From positions 1 through 52,522 of the forward strand of contig JANOBP010000515.1 in NCBI GenBank assembly GCA_031411715.1: a stretch of DNA of 52,522 nucleotides, written 5' to 3'. This DNA is from Verrucomicrobiaceae bacterium (lineage in GTDB: Bacteria > Verrucomicrobiota > Verrucomicrobiia > Verrucomicrobiales > Verrucomicrobiaceae). Position numbers and translations under genes: made by a program. The notes below the pieces were generated by a model. That model was not told the origin of the DNA, ran no database searches, and saw nothing but the letters and a program-made list of their open reading frames with translations. Below, piece after piece: positions 21,101 to 28,720 of the stretch. Within the stretch, counting starts at the first letter, position 1; every line of letters starts with the position of its first letter.

Positions 21101-21691
21101 CTTCGTCAAATCTGCTGCCATCCGCGCCTGCTCGGCCTCGATGCCTCTTCCAAGAAGAAAGGCGACGAAAAAACCGACGAAAGCGCCAAGGTAGCCGCGC
21201 TGATCGAGTTGCTGGAACCCTTGATGGAAGAAGGCCAGAAGGTGCTCGTCTTCTCGCAGTTCGTTGAGATGCTCGCCATCATCGAAGCGGAGATGCAGGA
21301 GCGCGGCTGGACCACTTTCAAGCTCACTGGCCAGACCGAGGAGCGCGGTGCTCTCGTCGATTCCTTCCAAAGCCACGCAGGCTCCGCCGTGTTCCTCATC
21401 AGCCTCAAAGCCGGCGGTTTCGGCCTCAATCTCACGGCGGCCAGCTACGTCGTGCTATTCGACCCATGGTGGAATCCTGCCGTCGAAGCCCAGGCCATCG
21501 ACCGCACGCACCGCATTGGCCAGAAGCAGACCGTTTTCGCCTATCGACTGCTCATCAAAGGCACCATCGAAGAAAAAATCCGCCTCCTGCAAAAACAAAA
21601 AGGTGCCATCGCCAACGACATCCTCGGCGAAGAAAATTTCGCCAAAGCCCTCACCCTGGATGACTTCCACTTCCTGCTGGGTGAAGAATGA
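18113..21691 (+). CDS. SWIM zinc-finger SNF2-family helicase/ATPase
   Basis: CTCKAGKICQH (SWIM); MRPYQ, LADDMGLGKT, ILDEAQAIKN, LTGTPIEN, FLLRRTK, KVLVFSQF, LISLKAGGFGLNL, DPWWNPAVEAQAIDRTHRIGQ; start set at ATG 18113. Confidence 0.95.
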   Translation: MATAQDIALTTHQHQILGTVLEGCDDMALPRGAVLMRERAVRSVTWVALGEVLEAKVQDEFLCTTRLCFVADSVETHCTCKAGKICQHVVALMLELRKNARRANVPTGPSQQAAAFAAPDPASLAGLVAAKLDKPLPLPKAAVDFLTATEGLWQRKIQRVEQSYLHQLCGTQSHWGHMQIELYPQDLPPQTVWEFLAYLAAAVRRCQLTLPEPLSEAVDAKLQKELLTRWDRLHEITKWRLSLGSWQDSTLTHVQEAPELRLQMYPGGVVIQVRHPGEEGYVKATQKLLKQLSTKSYAQPTPQLSAGSSIVLHAAVDSFGRIQNPEIEPMSELLNKSLTQLASSQELFHSHVIGSDGEPLHFVDEALRWELTPPTDDTGDYALRLLNEQGVAPPPPLAILRGSPLRYVTSELVYTLPYWPFGKERMKWPVSIPAAALETREGVSALGKLGVEVPQRLAGKVRLVKADIQVRCKLHRPMGTSSEYLRIKGRATFDGIQEPSDWNSSNWQANHSQRTKSDRPKDDYVQIDKSVMPAAGAWLRQLPLKVAEHLAHEIWVEQRIQGKDWPELFLAWLDRRPKGITVELDAELASLREGKVAGKVRLDIEESKNGIDWFDLTVALDVSDHSLSQEEIDLLLKAKGKWVRIVGKGWRKLDYQLSDEQLQELAELGLATNDFSPEKQQLHALQLGRLAKNTTLLTADRVEQVQRRVEEIQTRVTPAAPAVITATMRPYQLEGFHFLAYLTANRFGGVLADDMGLGKTLQALAWIAWLRGEKKVSDPVLVVCPKSVQDNWRAECAKFFPQLKVEVWNRATAGKTGLSGESDLLVIHYAQLRIHEEPIRKVQWGAVILDEAQAIKNPTSQNSRAACALIAPHRLALTGTPIENRLLDLWSIFAFAMPGVLGNRSSFTKNFDGKDDPLARRRLAARTRPFLLRRTKNEVAKDLPDRIEEDLIIELEGTQATLYQAELKRARAQLLKAETSKQLDKLRFNILTSLLRLRQICCHPRLLGLDASSKKKGDEKTDESAKVAALIELLEPLMEEGQKVLVFSQFVEMLAIIEAEMQERGWTTFKLTGQTEERGALVDSFQSHAGSAVFLISLKAGGFGLNLTAASYVVLFDPWWNPAVEAQAIDRTHRIGQKQTVFAYRLLIKGTIEEKIRLLQKQKGAIANDILGEENFAKALTLDDFHFLLGEE

Positions 21692-21707
21692 GGAACCTCC
21701 GTAGCGA

Positions 21708-22544
21708 ATGCAAAGCGACCCTCATTTCCACCAACTGTTCCAAACTCATCCAGATTGGCTGTTCGACATTTTGGGTGAGCCAGTCCCTGCCAATTGCCAC
21801 TTCACCAGTCCAGTCGCTAAGGCAGTGCAGCGTCAGCTTGATGGTTATCTGACTGCCGACGGCAGGCCACCAACCGTGGTCGAGATCCAAATGTGGCCCG
21901 ATGCGGTCATTTACCTGCGCACGGGTATGGAGCTAGCCCAAGTAGGCATCCAAATCCATCCGCAGGCTGCCGCAGCGATCATCCTCTTTGGTTCGGCAGA
22001 CCTCGATCCGCGCACAGAGCCATGGTGCTCCTTTATCCGCGCCATCTATCTGGATCATGAGTTGGAAAGGCTCGCGCGGGAGCAGCCGGAGCATTTGCTA
22101 CTCAGCGTGCTCTTTCCCTTGATCCAGCCAGATCAATCAAAGCTTGTCGCGGAAGGCCCGTTGCATTATTATCGACTCAAGACTGCTGCTGCCCCACCGA
22201 AAGACCGTGACATCCTGCTACGAGTACTGACCGACTTTTTGTTCCAACGACTGCCTCAATATACGCACTCCCAACTCGCCATGATGATGAACCTAACTCC
22301 ACTCGAAGAAACCGAAGGCTACAAGTCCCTCATTCGTGACGCGACGGCCAAAGGACTCTCACAGGGACTCTCGCAGGGACTTATTCGGGTAGCTCACCGC
22401 CGTTTCCCAGACGCGGATCGTTCCATTGATGGGGCCATAGCGGATCTCGATTACCTACAGCTTGAGCGCTTGACCGACGTCATGCTTGATTTACCCGACC
22501 TCCAAGCACTTGAAACTTGGTTGATCAGTGCCGTGAGTCGCTGA
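21708..22544 (+). CDS. Rpn/DUF2887-family PD-(D/E)xK nuclease with DUF4351-like C-terminus
   Basis: MQSDPHFHQLFQTHP..LF, RQLDGYL..VVEIQ; LEETEGYK..GLSQGLSQGL..RRF..LERLTDVMLD..LETWL. Confidence 0.82.
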   Translation: MQSDPHFHQLFQTHPDWLFDILGEPVPANCHFTSPVAKAVQRQLDGYLTADGRPPTVVEIQMWPDAVIYLRTGMELAQVGIQIHPQAAAAIILFGSADLDPRTEPWCSFIRAIYLDHELERLAREQPEHLLLSVLFPLIQPDQSKLVAEGPLHYYRLKTAAAPPKDRDILLRVLTDFLFQRLPQYTHSQLAMMMNLTPLEETEGYKSLIRDATAKGLSQGLSQGLIRVAHRRFPDADRSIDGAIADLDYLQLERLTDVMLDLPDLQALETWLISAVSR

Positions 22545-22593
22545 GGACAAGAAGTGACACTGGGTTGCGGCGCCGCAGTTTTGGCAGCAAGGA

Positions 22594-23973
22594 ATGCACA
22601 TGTCGCCCCTCGCCGATCAACTCATCTCTATTCTCGGTCCAGACCGAGTCTCTGTCACCAGCGCGGACATCGCCACGCATAGCACGGACAAATGGTTCGC
22701 ATCGCATCCGCCGGATGTCGTCGTGCATGCGGAATCAGCGGAGGACGTGTCCAAGGTGCTGCGCTTTGCCAATGAGCAGAAGATTCCCGTCACGCCGCAA
22801 GGCTCGCGTGTCGGCTATGTCGGAGGCGCTGTGCCACTCAGAGGAGGCATTGCGCTCTCCGTGGCGCGCATGAATCGCATCCTCGAAATCAAGCCGGAGG
22901 ACGGCGTCGCTGTCGTTCAGCCCGGTGTCATCACAGGCCATCTTCAGGCCGAAGTTCGCAAGCTCGGTTGGTTTTATCCGCCTGACCCTGCCTCGCTCAA
23001 AGAATGCAGCCTCGGTGGCAACATCGCCACCAATGCCGGTGGTCCGCGCTGCCTCAAATACGGCGTTACACGGCATTACGTGCTCGGTTTGCAGGCCGTG
23101 CTGGCGGATGGCAGCATCGTGAACGCTGGCGGTCGCTGTCACAAAAACAAAACCGGATTTGACCTCGTGGGGCTCATGGTCGGCAGTGAAGGCATGCTCG
23201 GCGTCGTCACACAGGCCACGTTGCGCATCATTCCACATCCGCCGCAGCGCGCGATGCTCTCCGCAGGCTTCAGCACCTTCACCGAAGCCGCCAATGCCGT
23301 GCAGCGCATCCTCGGCAGCGGCTTCTTGCCTTCAGCACTCGAAATTGCCGACAAATTCACCCTGCGGGCTGCACGCGAGTATCTTGGTGCCTCCGTCACG
23401 CCAAAAGGTGATGCACATCTTCTGGTCGAGATCGATGGGCAGATCGAATCCGTGCGTGGTGAACTCACGCAACTCGCCGCACTCGTGCGCAGCCTCGGCA
23501 GCATCAGTCTGGAGGAAGCCGTCGGAGAAGAAGCCTGCGAAGCCTTTTGGAAGCTGCGCCGCGAGTTTAGCTATAGCCTGCGCAATACCGGCCTCATCAA
23601 GCTCAACGAGGACATCGTCGTCCCACGCAGCCGTCTCGTCGATCTTGTTGAGTTCGCCGAGCAATTGCAGGCTGAGTTTGGCTTCCCCGTGGCCAGCTTC
23701 GGCCACGCGGGCGATGGCAACATCCACGTCAACATCATGGTCCCCACCATGGACGACCCAACGATCCGGGAGCGCGCCGAAGCCGCCTTGGATCGCCTTT
23801 TCCATCAAGTCATCGACTGGAACGGTGCCATCACCGGAGAGCACGGCATCGGCATTGCCAAGTCGCGCTGGTATCCACATGCCGTGCCAGAAGCCGCACG
23901 CGCCATGCACACCGCTTTAAAGAACGCGCTCGATCCCAACGGCATCCTCAATCCGGGGAAGTTTATTTCTTGA
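22594..23973 (+). CDS. FAD-linked oxidase, GlcD / D-lactate dehydrogenase family
   Basis: VVQPGVIT, FYPPDPAS, LGGNIATNAGGPRCLKYGVTR, GSEGMLGVVT, NEDIVVP, FGHAGDGNIH, ITGEHGIG, LDPNGILNPGK. Confidence 0.93.
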   Translation: MHMSPLADQLISILGPDRVSVTSADIATHSTDKWFASHPPDVVVHAESAEDVSKVLRFANEQKIPVTPQGSRVGYVGGAVPLRGGIALSVARMNRILEIKPEDGVAVVQPGVITGHLQAEVRKLGWFYPPDPASLKECSLGGNIATNAGGPRCLKYGVTRHYVLGLQAVLADGSIVNAGGRCHKNKTGFDLVGLMVGSEGMLGVVTQATLRIIPHPPQRAMLSAGFSTFTEAANAVQRILGSGFLPSALEIADKFTLRAAREYLGASVTPKGDAHLLVEIDGQIESVRGELTQLAALVRSLGSISLEEAVGEEACEAFWKLRREFSYSLRNTGLIKLNEDIVVPRSRLVDLVEFAEQLQAEFGFPVASFGHAGDGNIHVNIMVPTMDDPTIRERAEAALDRLFHQVIDWNGAITGEHGIGIAKSRWYPHAVPEAARAMHTALKNALDPNGILNPGKFIS

Positions 23974-24313
23974 GCTTGGAAAGCACGTCATCTGCCGCCG
24001 TGGCGTCATTACCATCAAGCGGGGCGATTTTTTCGGCGATGCGAAAGATGACCAGGATCAACTCGACGATGACACGAGCAATGACAGCATAGGCCAGTAG
24101 GGCCAATGGAGCTGTGATCAGCCCCCAAAACCCACTCCACATCCAGTTCCAGGCATAAATGACCGCACCAATGAGGCTGAGGGCATAAACGACTCGAATC
24201 AGTCTGGGTGTGACCAGTCGCTTGAAGGACAAATCGAGCACCAAGTCGAGAATAGCCCGAATAAACGACCAAAGTCGGTTCAGGGGCGAGGAAGACGGCA
24301 TTTCGGCATTCAT
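23963..24313 (-). CDS. DUF4282 membrane protein
   Basis: DLSFKRLVTPRLIRVVY...RVIVELILVIFRIAE pattern with two TM helices; start ATG 24313 or 24301. Confidence 0.85.
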   Translation of the reverse strand: MNAEMPSSSPLNRLWSFIRAILDLVLDLSFKRLVTPRLIRVVYALSLIGAVIYAWNWMWSGFWGLITAPLALLAYAVIARVIVELILVIFRIAEKIAPLDGNDATAADDVLSKLKK

Positions 24314-24397
24314 ACTCCACTTTAGGCCGCTGCTGCCCGCGCGGCAACACACCAAAATATCGACTTCTGATGACCATTTTTCGCCTCGGAATACCGG

Positions 24398-24433
24398 TTG
24401 CGCCCTCTGGCAACCACGGCCAGAATCCGCGCC
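24398..24433 (+). promoter_or_regulatory. Putative sigma70 promoter for dksA with GC-rich discriminator
   Basis: TTGCGC (24398-24403), 17 nt, CAGAAT (24421-24426), then CCGCGCC. Confidence 0.45.
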
Positions 24434-24501
24434 TCTTTTTCCGCCCTCGATAACGTGTGCGGCAAAATTAAACTCCTCGGAAAACTCACCCTGCAAACAC
24501 C

Positions 24502-25539
24502 ATGCCTGCGAAAAAGTCCAAGCCCGCAGCCAAAAAAGCTGCCAAGCCCGCGAAGAAACCAGCTGCCTCCAAGCCAGCGAAGAAGCCCACGGCTTCCAAG
24601 CCAAAGTCAGCAGGGAAGCCGAAGAGTAAGCCCGTCCCCGCCAAGAAACCCGCTCCGAAAAAATCGGCTCCAAAGAAGCCTGCTCCAAAACCTGTGAAGA
24701 AAGCCCCTGCTAAACCAGCCAAAAAAGTTCTCGCTAAAAAGCCCGTTTCCAAAAAAGCCGCTCCTGCTAAACCAACCAAGAAGCCCGCTCCTGCAAAGGC
24801 CCCCGTCAAAGCCGCCAAACCCGCTGCGAAAGCCCCAGCAGCTAAAAAAGTTTCAGCCAAGCCTGCCCCCGCGCCAAAAGCCGCGGCCCCTGCACCAGCT
24901 CCAAAAGTCTCCAAGTCCAAGGGCCCAGCCCCGCTGACCGTAGCCAAAGCCCGCACCGGCCCCGCCACAGGCACACCCCGCCGCCCCGTGCGTGAAGAAG
25001 AAGGTGCCACCATCGACATCATCAAAGGTCCGGTGAAGATGACGCCTTTCCTCAAGAAGCAGAAGCAAAACCTCGTCGAGCTACGCGACGCTTACCTGAA
25101 CTCCATCCAAGGCGCTGCCAGCATCGCCATGGGCGGCGAAGAGGCCTCCGCCTTCGGAATGCATCAGGCAGATGCCGGAAGTGACGCCTATGACCGTGAC
25201 TTCGCCCTCAGCATGCTCGGCAAGGAGCAGGACGCTCTTTATGAGATCAATGAGGCCCTGAAGCGCATCGAAACCGGCACCTACGGCCTGTGCGAAGGTA
25301 CTGGCAGCAGAATTTCCGAAGAACGCCTCGAAGCCATGCCCTTTGCCCGTTTCAGCATCATCTGGCAGGAAAAAGTCGAGCGCGAGCAGCGCCGTGGTGG
25401 CTGGAATCGCCCAGTTCACAGCCTCTTCGGTCTGGATGACACCAGTGATAAAGAGGACGACGAAAAAGACGAAGATGAGGCCCCCACCAGCGCCTCCGGT
25501 AACAACAATGCTGAGTCGCTTGACTTTAGTAAAGAGTAG
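24502..25539 (+). CDS. dksA: DksA/TraR-family regulator with histone-H1-like Lys/Ala/Pro N-terminal extension and acidic tail
   Basis: About 150 aa of PAKK/KPA repeats; GMHQADAGSDAYDR coiled-coil tip; LYEINEALKRIETGTYGLCEGTG.RISEERLEAMPFARFSI; tail DDTSDKEDDEKDEDE. Confidence 0.88.
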   Translation: MPAKKSKPAAKKAAKPAKKPAASKPAKKPTASKPKSAGKPKSKPVPAKKPAPKKSAPKKPAPKPVKKAPAKPAKKVLAKKPVSKKAAPAKPTKKPAPAKAPVKAAKPAAKAPAAKKVSAKPAPAPKAAAPAPAPKVSKSKGPAPLTVAKARTGPATGTPRRPVREEEGATIDIIKGPVKMTPFLKKQKQNLVELRDAYLNSIQGAASIAMGGEEASAFGMHQADAGSDAYDRDFALSMLGKEQDALYEINEALKRIETGTYGLCEGTGSRISEERLEAMPFARFSIIWQEKVEREQRRGGWNRPVHSLFGLDDTSDKEDDEKDEDEAPTSASGNNNAESLDFSKE

Positions 25540-25556
25540 CCTAGCATCCGCGCCCC
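25520..25556 (+). promoter_or_regulatory. Putative sigma70 promoter for rpmG-rpsR overlapping the dksA 3' end
   Basis: TTGACT (25520-25525), 16 nt, TAGCAT (25542-25547), then CCGCGCCCC; rpmG ATG at 25563. Confidence 0.55.
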
Positions 25557-25562
25557 AAAATT

Positions 25563-25736
25563 ATGCCACGCGAAATCATCACCCTCGAATGCACTGAAGC
25601 GAGAGCTTTGGGTCTGTCGCCGTCACGCTACGTGACCACCCGTAACAAGAAAAGCATTCGCACTCCGAACCGCCTCGAAAAAGTGAAGTTCAATCACTTC
25701 ATGAAGAAGCGCACCCTCCACCGCGAAATCCGCTAA
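25563..25736 (+). CDS. rpmG: 50S ribosomal protein L33 (absent from the ORF track, 57 aa)
   Basis: Hand translation MPREIITLECTEARALGLSPSRYVTTRNKKSIRTPNRLEKVKFNHFMKKRTLHREIR. Confidence 0.95.
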   Translation: MPREIITLECTEARALGLSPSRYVTTRNKKSIRTPNRLEKVKFNHFMKKRTLHREIR

Positions 25737-25748
25737 CAAGCCCTTTCT

Positions 25749-25988
25749 ATGCAGCCCAAAACCAAAGAGCGCCTCTCCAATCTGCGCCGTCATAACCGCA
25801 AGATGCCCCGCCGCCGCGTGGACATCCCCGTGGAGAAAATCCTCTACACCAATCCTGAGATCCTTGCTCGTTTCACTTCTGAAACCGGCAAGCTCATCCC
25901 ACGGCGTATCACCGGCCTCCCAGCTTGGTTGCACCGCAAGGTCACTCGTGAGATCAAGCGCTCCCGCGCTGTCAATCTCATGGGCTAA
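25749..25988 (+). CDS. rpsR: 30S ribosomal protein S18
   Basis: ILYTNPEILARFTSETGKLIPRRITGL...HRKVTREIKRSR matches the S18 core; no cysteines. Confidence 0.95.
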   Translation: MQPKTKERLSNLRRHNRKMPRRRVDIPVEKILYTNPEILARFTSETGKLIPRRITGLPAWLHRKVTREIKRSRAVNLMG

Positions 25989-26028
25989 GTCGGCAGCCGT
26001 CGATTTTTTGACCCGCTATTGATTTCAC

Positions 26029-26063
26029 ATCCCACTGTTGCTCATCGCGGCAGTGGGATTTTT
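26029..26063 (+). terminator. Rho-independent terminator after rpsR
   Basis: ATCCCACTGTTGC-TCATC-GCGGCAGTGGGAT 13-bp stem (two G.U) followed by TTTT. Confidence 0.75.
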
Positions 26064-26076
26064 GTCTCTCCCAGTC

Positions 26077-26862
26077 ATGTCCACACTTAAAGATACCCAG
26101 AGCGAGCTTGATGACCGCCAATTGGCCATCGATCGCGTCGGCGTGCGCAGTTTACGCTTCCCGCTGCGCATTCGTGATCGAGATGCCGCAGTCGTCCAGC
26201 ACACCGTCGCCACCGTTTCACTCGCCGTCGATTTGCCTCATCAGTACAAAGGCACGCACATGAGCCGCTTCGTCGAGGTGCTACACGCACACGGCACCGA
26301 GCTTACAGTGGCCACCGTCGCTGGCATGCCGCATGAGTTGATCAAAAAACTCCACGCTGACAAGGCACACGTCGAGCTCCGCTTTCCCTACTTCCGCTCC
26401 AAGAAAGCTCCCGTCTCCAAAGCTGAGGGCCTGCTCGACTACGGCGTCATTTTCGAAGTCAACGCAGACAAATCGGCCACCGATTTCGTCCTCACCGTCG
26501 AAATTCCCGTCACCACGCTCTGCCCTTGCTCCAAAGCCATCAGTGCACGCGGAGCACACAATCAACGTGGCACGGTCACTCTCGCCATCCGCTTTGATGA
26601 ACCGGTATGGATCGAGGATCTCATCGAACTCGTCGAATCCTCGGCCAGCAGCGAGCTTTACAGCGTCCTCAAGCGGCCCGATGAAAAATTCGTGACTGAA
26701 GCCGCCTACGACAATCCCGTTTTCGTCGAGGACCTCGTCCGCAACGTGGCACAGAAAGCCAAAGCGCATCCGCACATCATCTGGTTCCGCGTCGAAGCCG
26801 AAAACTACGAGTCCATTCACAATCATAACGCTTGGGCCATGATCGAGAGTGCGCCTCATTAA
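26077..26862 (+). CDS. folE2: GTP cyclohydrolase IB (FolE2)
   Basis: DTQS..D.R.LAIDRVGV, KGTHMSRF, VTTLCPCSKAIS, GAHNQR, LKRPDEKFVTE, NPVFVEDLVR, ENYESIHNHNAWA; start ATG 26077. Confidence 0.97.
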   Translation: MSTLKDTQSELDDRQLAIDRVGVRSLRFPLRIRDRDAAVVQHTVATVSLAVDLPHQYKGTHMSRFVEVLHAHGTELTVATVAGMPHELIKKLHADKAHVELRFPYFRSKKAPVSKAEGLLDYGVIFEVNADKSATDFVLTVEIPVTTLCPCSKAISARGAHNQRGTVTLAIRFDEPVWIEDLIELVESSASSELYSVLKRPDEKFVTEAAYDNPVFVEDLVRNVAQKAKAHPHIIWFRVEAENYESIHNHNAWAMIESAPH

Positions 26863-26866
26863 CCTC

Positions 26867-27952
26867 ATGTCCTCCTACGTCACCGCCGTCCTCCCCACCG
26901 ATCAGCCACCGCTCATGCACCAGGCCGTCGGCGAGGCTGTGCGGCTCCTGCGTGAAGGTGAACTCGTCGCGCTTCCCACCGAGACCGTTTACGGCCTTGC
27001 CGCCAATGCGCTCGATGCGGAAGCCGTCGCGAAAATCTTCGAGGCCAAAGAACGCCCGACATTTGATCCACTCATCGTTCATCTCGTCGATAAAAAGCAG
27101 CTCAGCCTTGTCGCTGATGTTCCTGAAGACATCGCGCATGTCGTTCATCTGCTCACTGAAAAATTCTGGCCCGGCCCGCTTACCATCTTGCTGCCCAAGA
27201 AGCCCATCGTGCCCGACATCGTTACCGCAGGCCTTCCCACCGTCGCCGTGCGCGTCAGCAGCAATCCCATCTTCCGCCGCGTCATCGCCGCGCTCGACAA
27301 GCCACTCGCCGCCCCCAGCGCCAATCGCTTCGGAGCCATCACGCCCACCAGCGCCAGCGCCGTTCTTGCTGAGCTTGATGGACGCATTCATCTCATCGTC
27401 GATGCCGGAGCCAGCCTCTACGGCTTGGAGTCCACCATCGTCCGGATCGAGGCCGCCAGCCCCAAGCCCATCATCCACATCGTTCGCCCCGGACCGCTCA
27501 CGCCGGATGATTTGAAGCCCTATGGCAAAGTCCGCCTCGGCACACGCACCGTGCTCGATCAAGCCACCGACGCACCCGGCCAGCTTGCCAATCATTACGC
27601 ACCGCACACACCACTGCGTCTCCTGCTTAGCCCACGCGAGTTCCAGCCGGAAGAAGGCAAGCGCTACGCCCTCCTCAGCCTCCGTGGTGAAGAAAAAGAC
27701 GGCTACATTCATCTCCACGATTGGGAAGAAGTCATGATGCTCAGTCCCGGCAGTGGCAAGCTCCCCGAGGCCGCCGTCCGCCTCTTCTACATCCTCCGCG
27801 CGCTCGATAAAATCGGCGTCGATGAAATCATCTCTGAGCCCATGCATGAGCACGGCATGGGCATCGCCATCATGGATAAACTGCGCCGCGCTTCCATCAA
27901 CAAGCCCGCACCCATCCAAGGCAATCCCATGCACGCCTCACAGCGTTCGTAG
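26867..27952 (+). CDS. tsaC: L-threonylcarbamoyladenylate synthase, Sua5 type (YrdC + SUA5 domain)
   Basis: LVALPTETVYGLAANA, KERPTFDPLIVH, FWPGPLT, PLAAPSANRFG, GLESTIV, APGQLANHYAP; start ATG 26867. Confidence 0.95.
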   Translation: MSSYVTAVLPTDQPPLMHQAVGEAVRLLREGELVALPTETVYGLAANALDAEAVAKIFEAKERPTFDPLIVHLVDKKQLSLVADVPEDIAHVVHLLTEKFWPGPLTILLPKKPIVPDIVTAGLPTVAVRVSSNPIFRRVIAALDKPLAAPSANRFGAITPTSASAVLAELDGRIHLIVDAGASLYGLESTIVRIEAASPKPIIHIVRPGPLTPDDLKPYGKVRLGTRTVLDQATDAPGQLANHYAPHTPLRLLLSPREFQPEEGKRYALLSLRGEEKDGYIHLHDWEEVMMLSPGSGKLPEAAVRLFYILRALDKIGVDEIISEPMHEHGMGIAIMDKLRRASINKPAPIQGNPMHASQRS

Positions 27953-27957
27953 TGCCA

Positions 27958-28380
27958 TCAAAACAGCACAGCTGGACTCACGCTGAAATGCGCCGCCAGT
28001 TTGGCGATGTGATCTCTGGTCAGCTCTCGCTCACCACTTAGCAGACGACTGGCCAATGAACGTGTCACATCCAACACGCGCGCCAGTTCAGCTCCCGTCA
28101 TCTCATGCTCCTCGATAAGGTGCTTGAGCGCCTCCAGTCCGGAAACGGACGGTGCCTGTGGCTTTTCATATTCCGTGATCAAAGAACACAGCAGGTCAAA
28201 GTAGTCCTCCTGATCGGCTGTGAGCTTGTGTCCAGCCATAGCATCCGTCATCTCAAGCACTTCGCGGAGTTCCTGACGGTCGTGAATCTGCCGTGGTAGC
28301 AGCATCAGACACAAACCCGTGTAATCAGTTGGCAGCTTATCAAAGCTTAGCTTGTTAGTGTTTTTGGCGATGGTTTTCAT
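27958..28380 (-). CDS. higA: HigA-type HTH antitoxin
   Basis: DYFDLLCSLITEYE, LKHLIEEHEMTGAELA..SLASRLLSGERELTRDHIAKLAAHFSVSP; ATGA overlap with the upstream toxin stop. Confidence 0.88.
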   Translation of the reverse strand: MKTIAKNTNKLSFDKLPTDYTGLCLMLLPRQIHDRQELREVLEMTDAMAGHKLTADQEDYFDLLCSLITEYEKPQAPSVSGLEALKHLIEEHEMTGAELARVLDVTRSLASRLLSGERELTRDHIAKLAAHFSVSPAVLF

Positions 28381-28685
28381 AGCTCGTTCTTCCAGCGGTT
28401 TTTCGAATATTCAGCGTGCGTCAGAAAGCGCAGGATATAGGCGATTTGGCGATTGTAGTGCAGCGCGGTGATAAGGCGGTACTTATTGCCGCTGATGTTG
28501 AAGATGGTCACAGTCCGACCACTTTCGACCGAGACGGCGTCCGCATGGGGGTATGTTTTTCGCGTCGCATGCAGGGACTTCCATTCAGCCAAGCGGACGA
28601 CCTTCCTCCAGCTTTGCAACGCAATCGCTGCATCTGGATGCAGTCTGCCAGCCTCGAGAAGAGCAGTTTCCTTGATGATTCGCAC
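28377..28685 (-). CDS. higB: HigB-type mRNA interferase toxin
   Basis: (M)RIIK..L..HPDA..L.SW..AEW..YPHAD.V..TIFNISGNKYRLI..Y..LTHAEYSK; toxin-first order; GTG start at 28685. Confidence 0.92.
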   Translation of the reverse strand: MRIIKETALLEAGRLHPDAAIALQSWRKVVRLAEWKSLHATRKTYPHADAVSVESGRTVTIFNISGNKYRLITALHYNRQIAYILRFLTHAEYSKNRWKNEL

Positions 28686-28691
28686 GGCCAC

Positions 28692-28720
28692 ACTCTCTGC
28701 TAATGTTGCCAAAAAGTCAA
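28692..28720 (-). promoter_or_regulatory. Possible higBA promoter giving a leaderless mRNA
   Basis: Minus strand TTGACT (28720-28715), 17 nt, GAGAGT (28697-28692), with the GTG start 7 nt downstream; the -10 is weak. Confidence 0.35.

Noticed and set aside
21708-22544. Calling the Rpn/DUF2887 gene a transposase or IS element
   Set aside because: No terminal inverted repeats or target duplication seen; the family is not shown to transpose.
24314-24688. Long N-terminal extension of the DUF4282 ORF
   Set aside because: Overlaps dksA and its putative promoter; it is the antisense reading of the PAKK repeats.
24502-24960. Repetitive DNA that could be taken for a CRISPR array or VNTR
   Set aside because: Degenerate codon-level repeats encoding Lys/Ala/Pro; no constant repeat with unique spacers.
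26777-27934. 385 aa minus-strand ORF opposite sua5
   Set aside because: Antisense shadow produced by codon bias.
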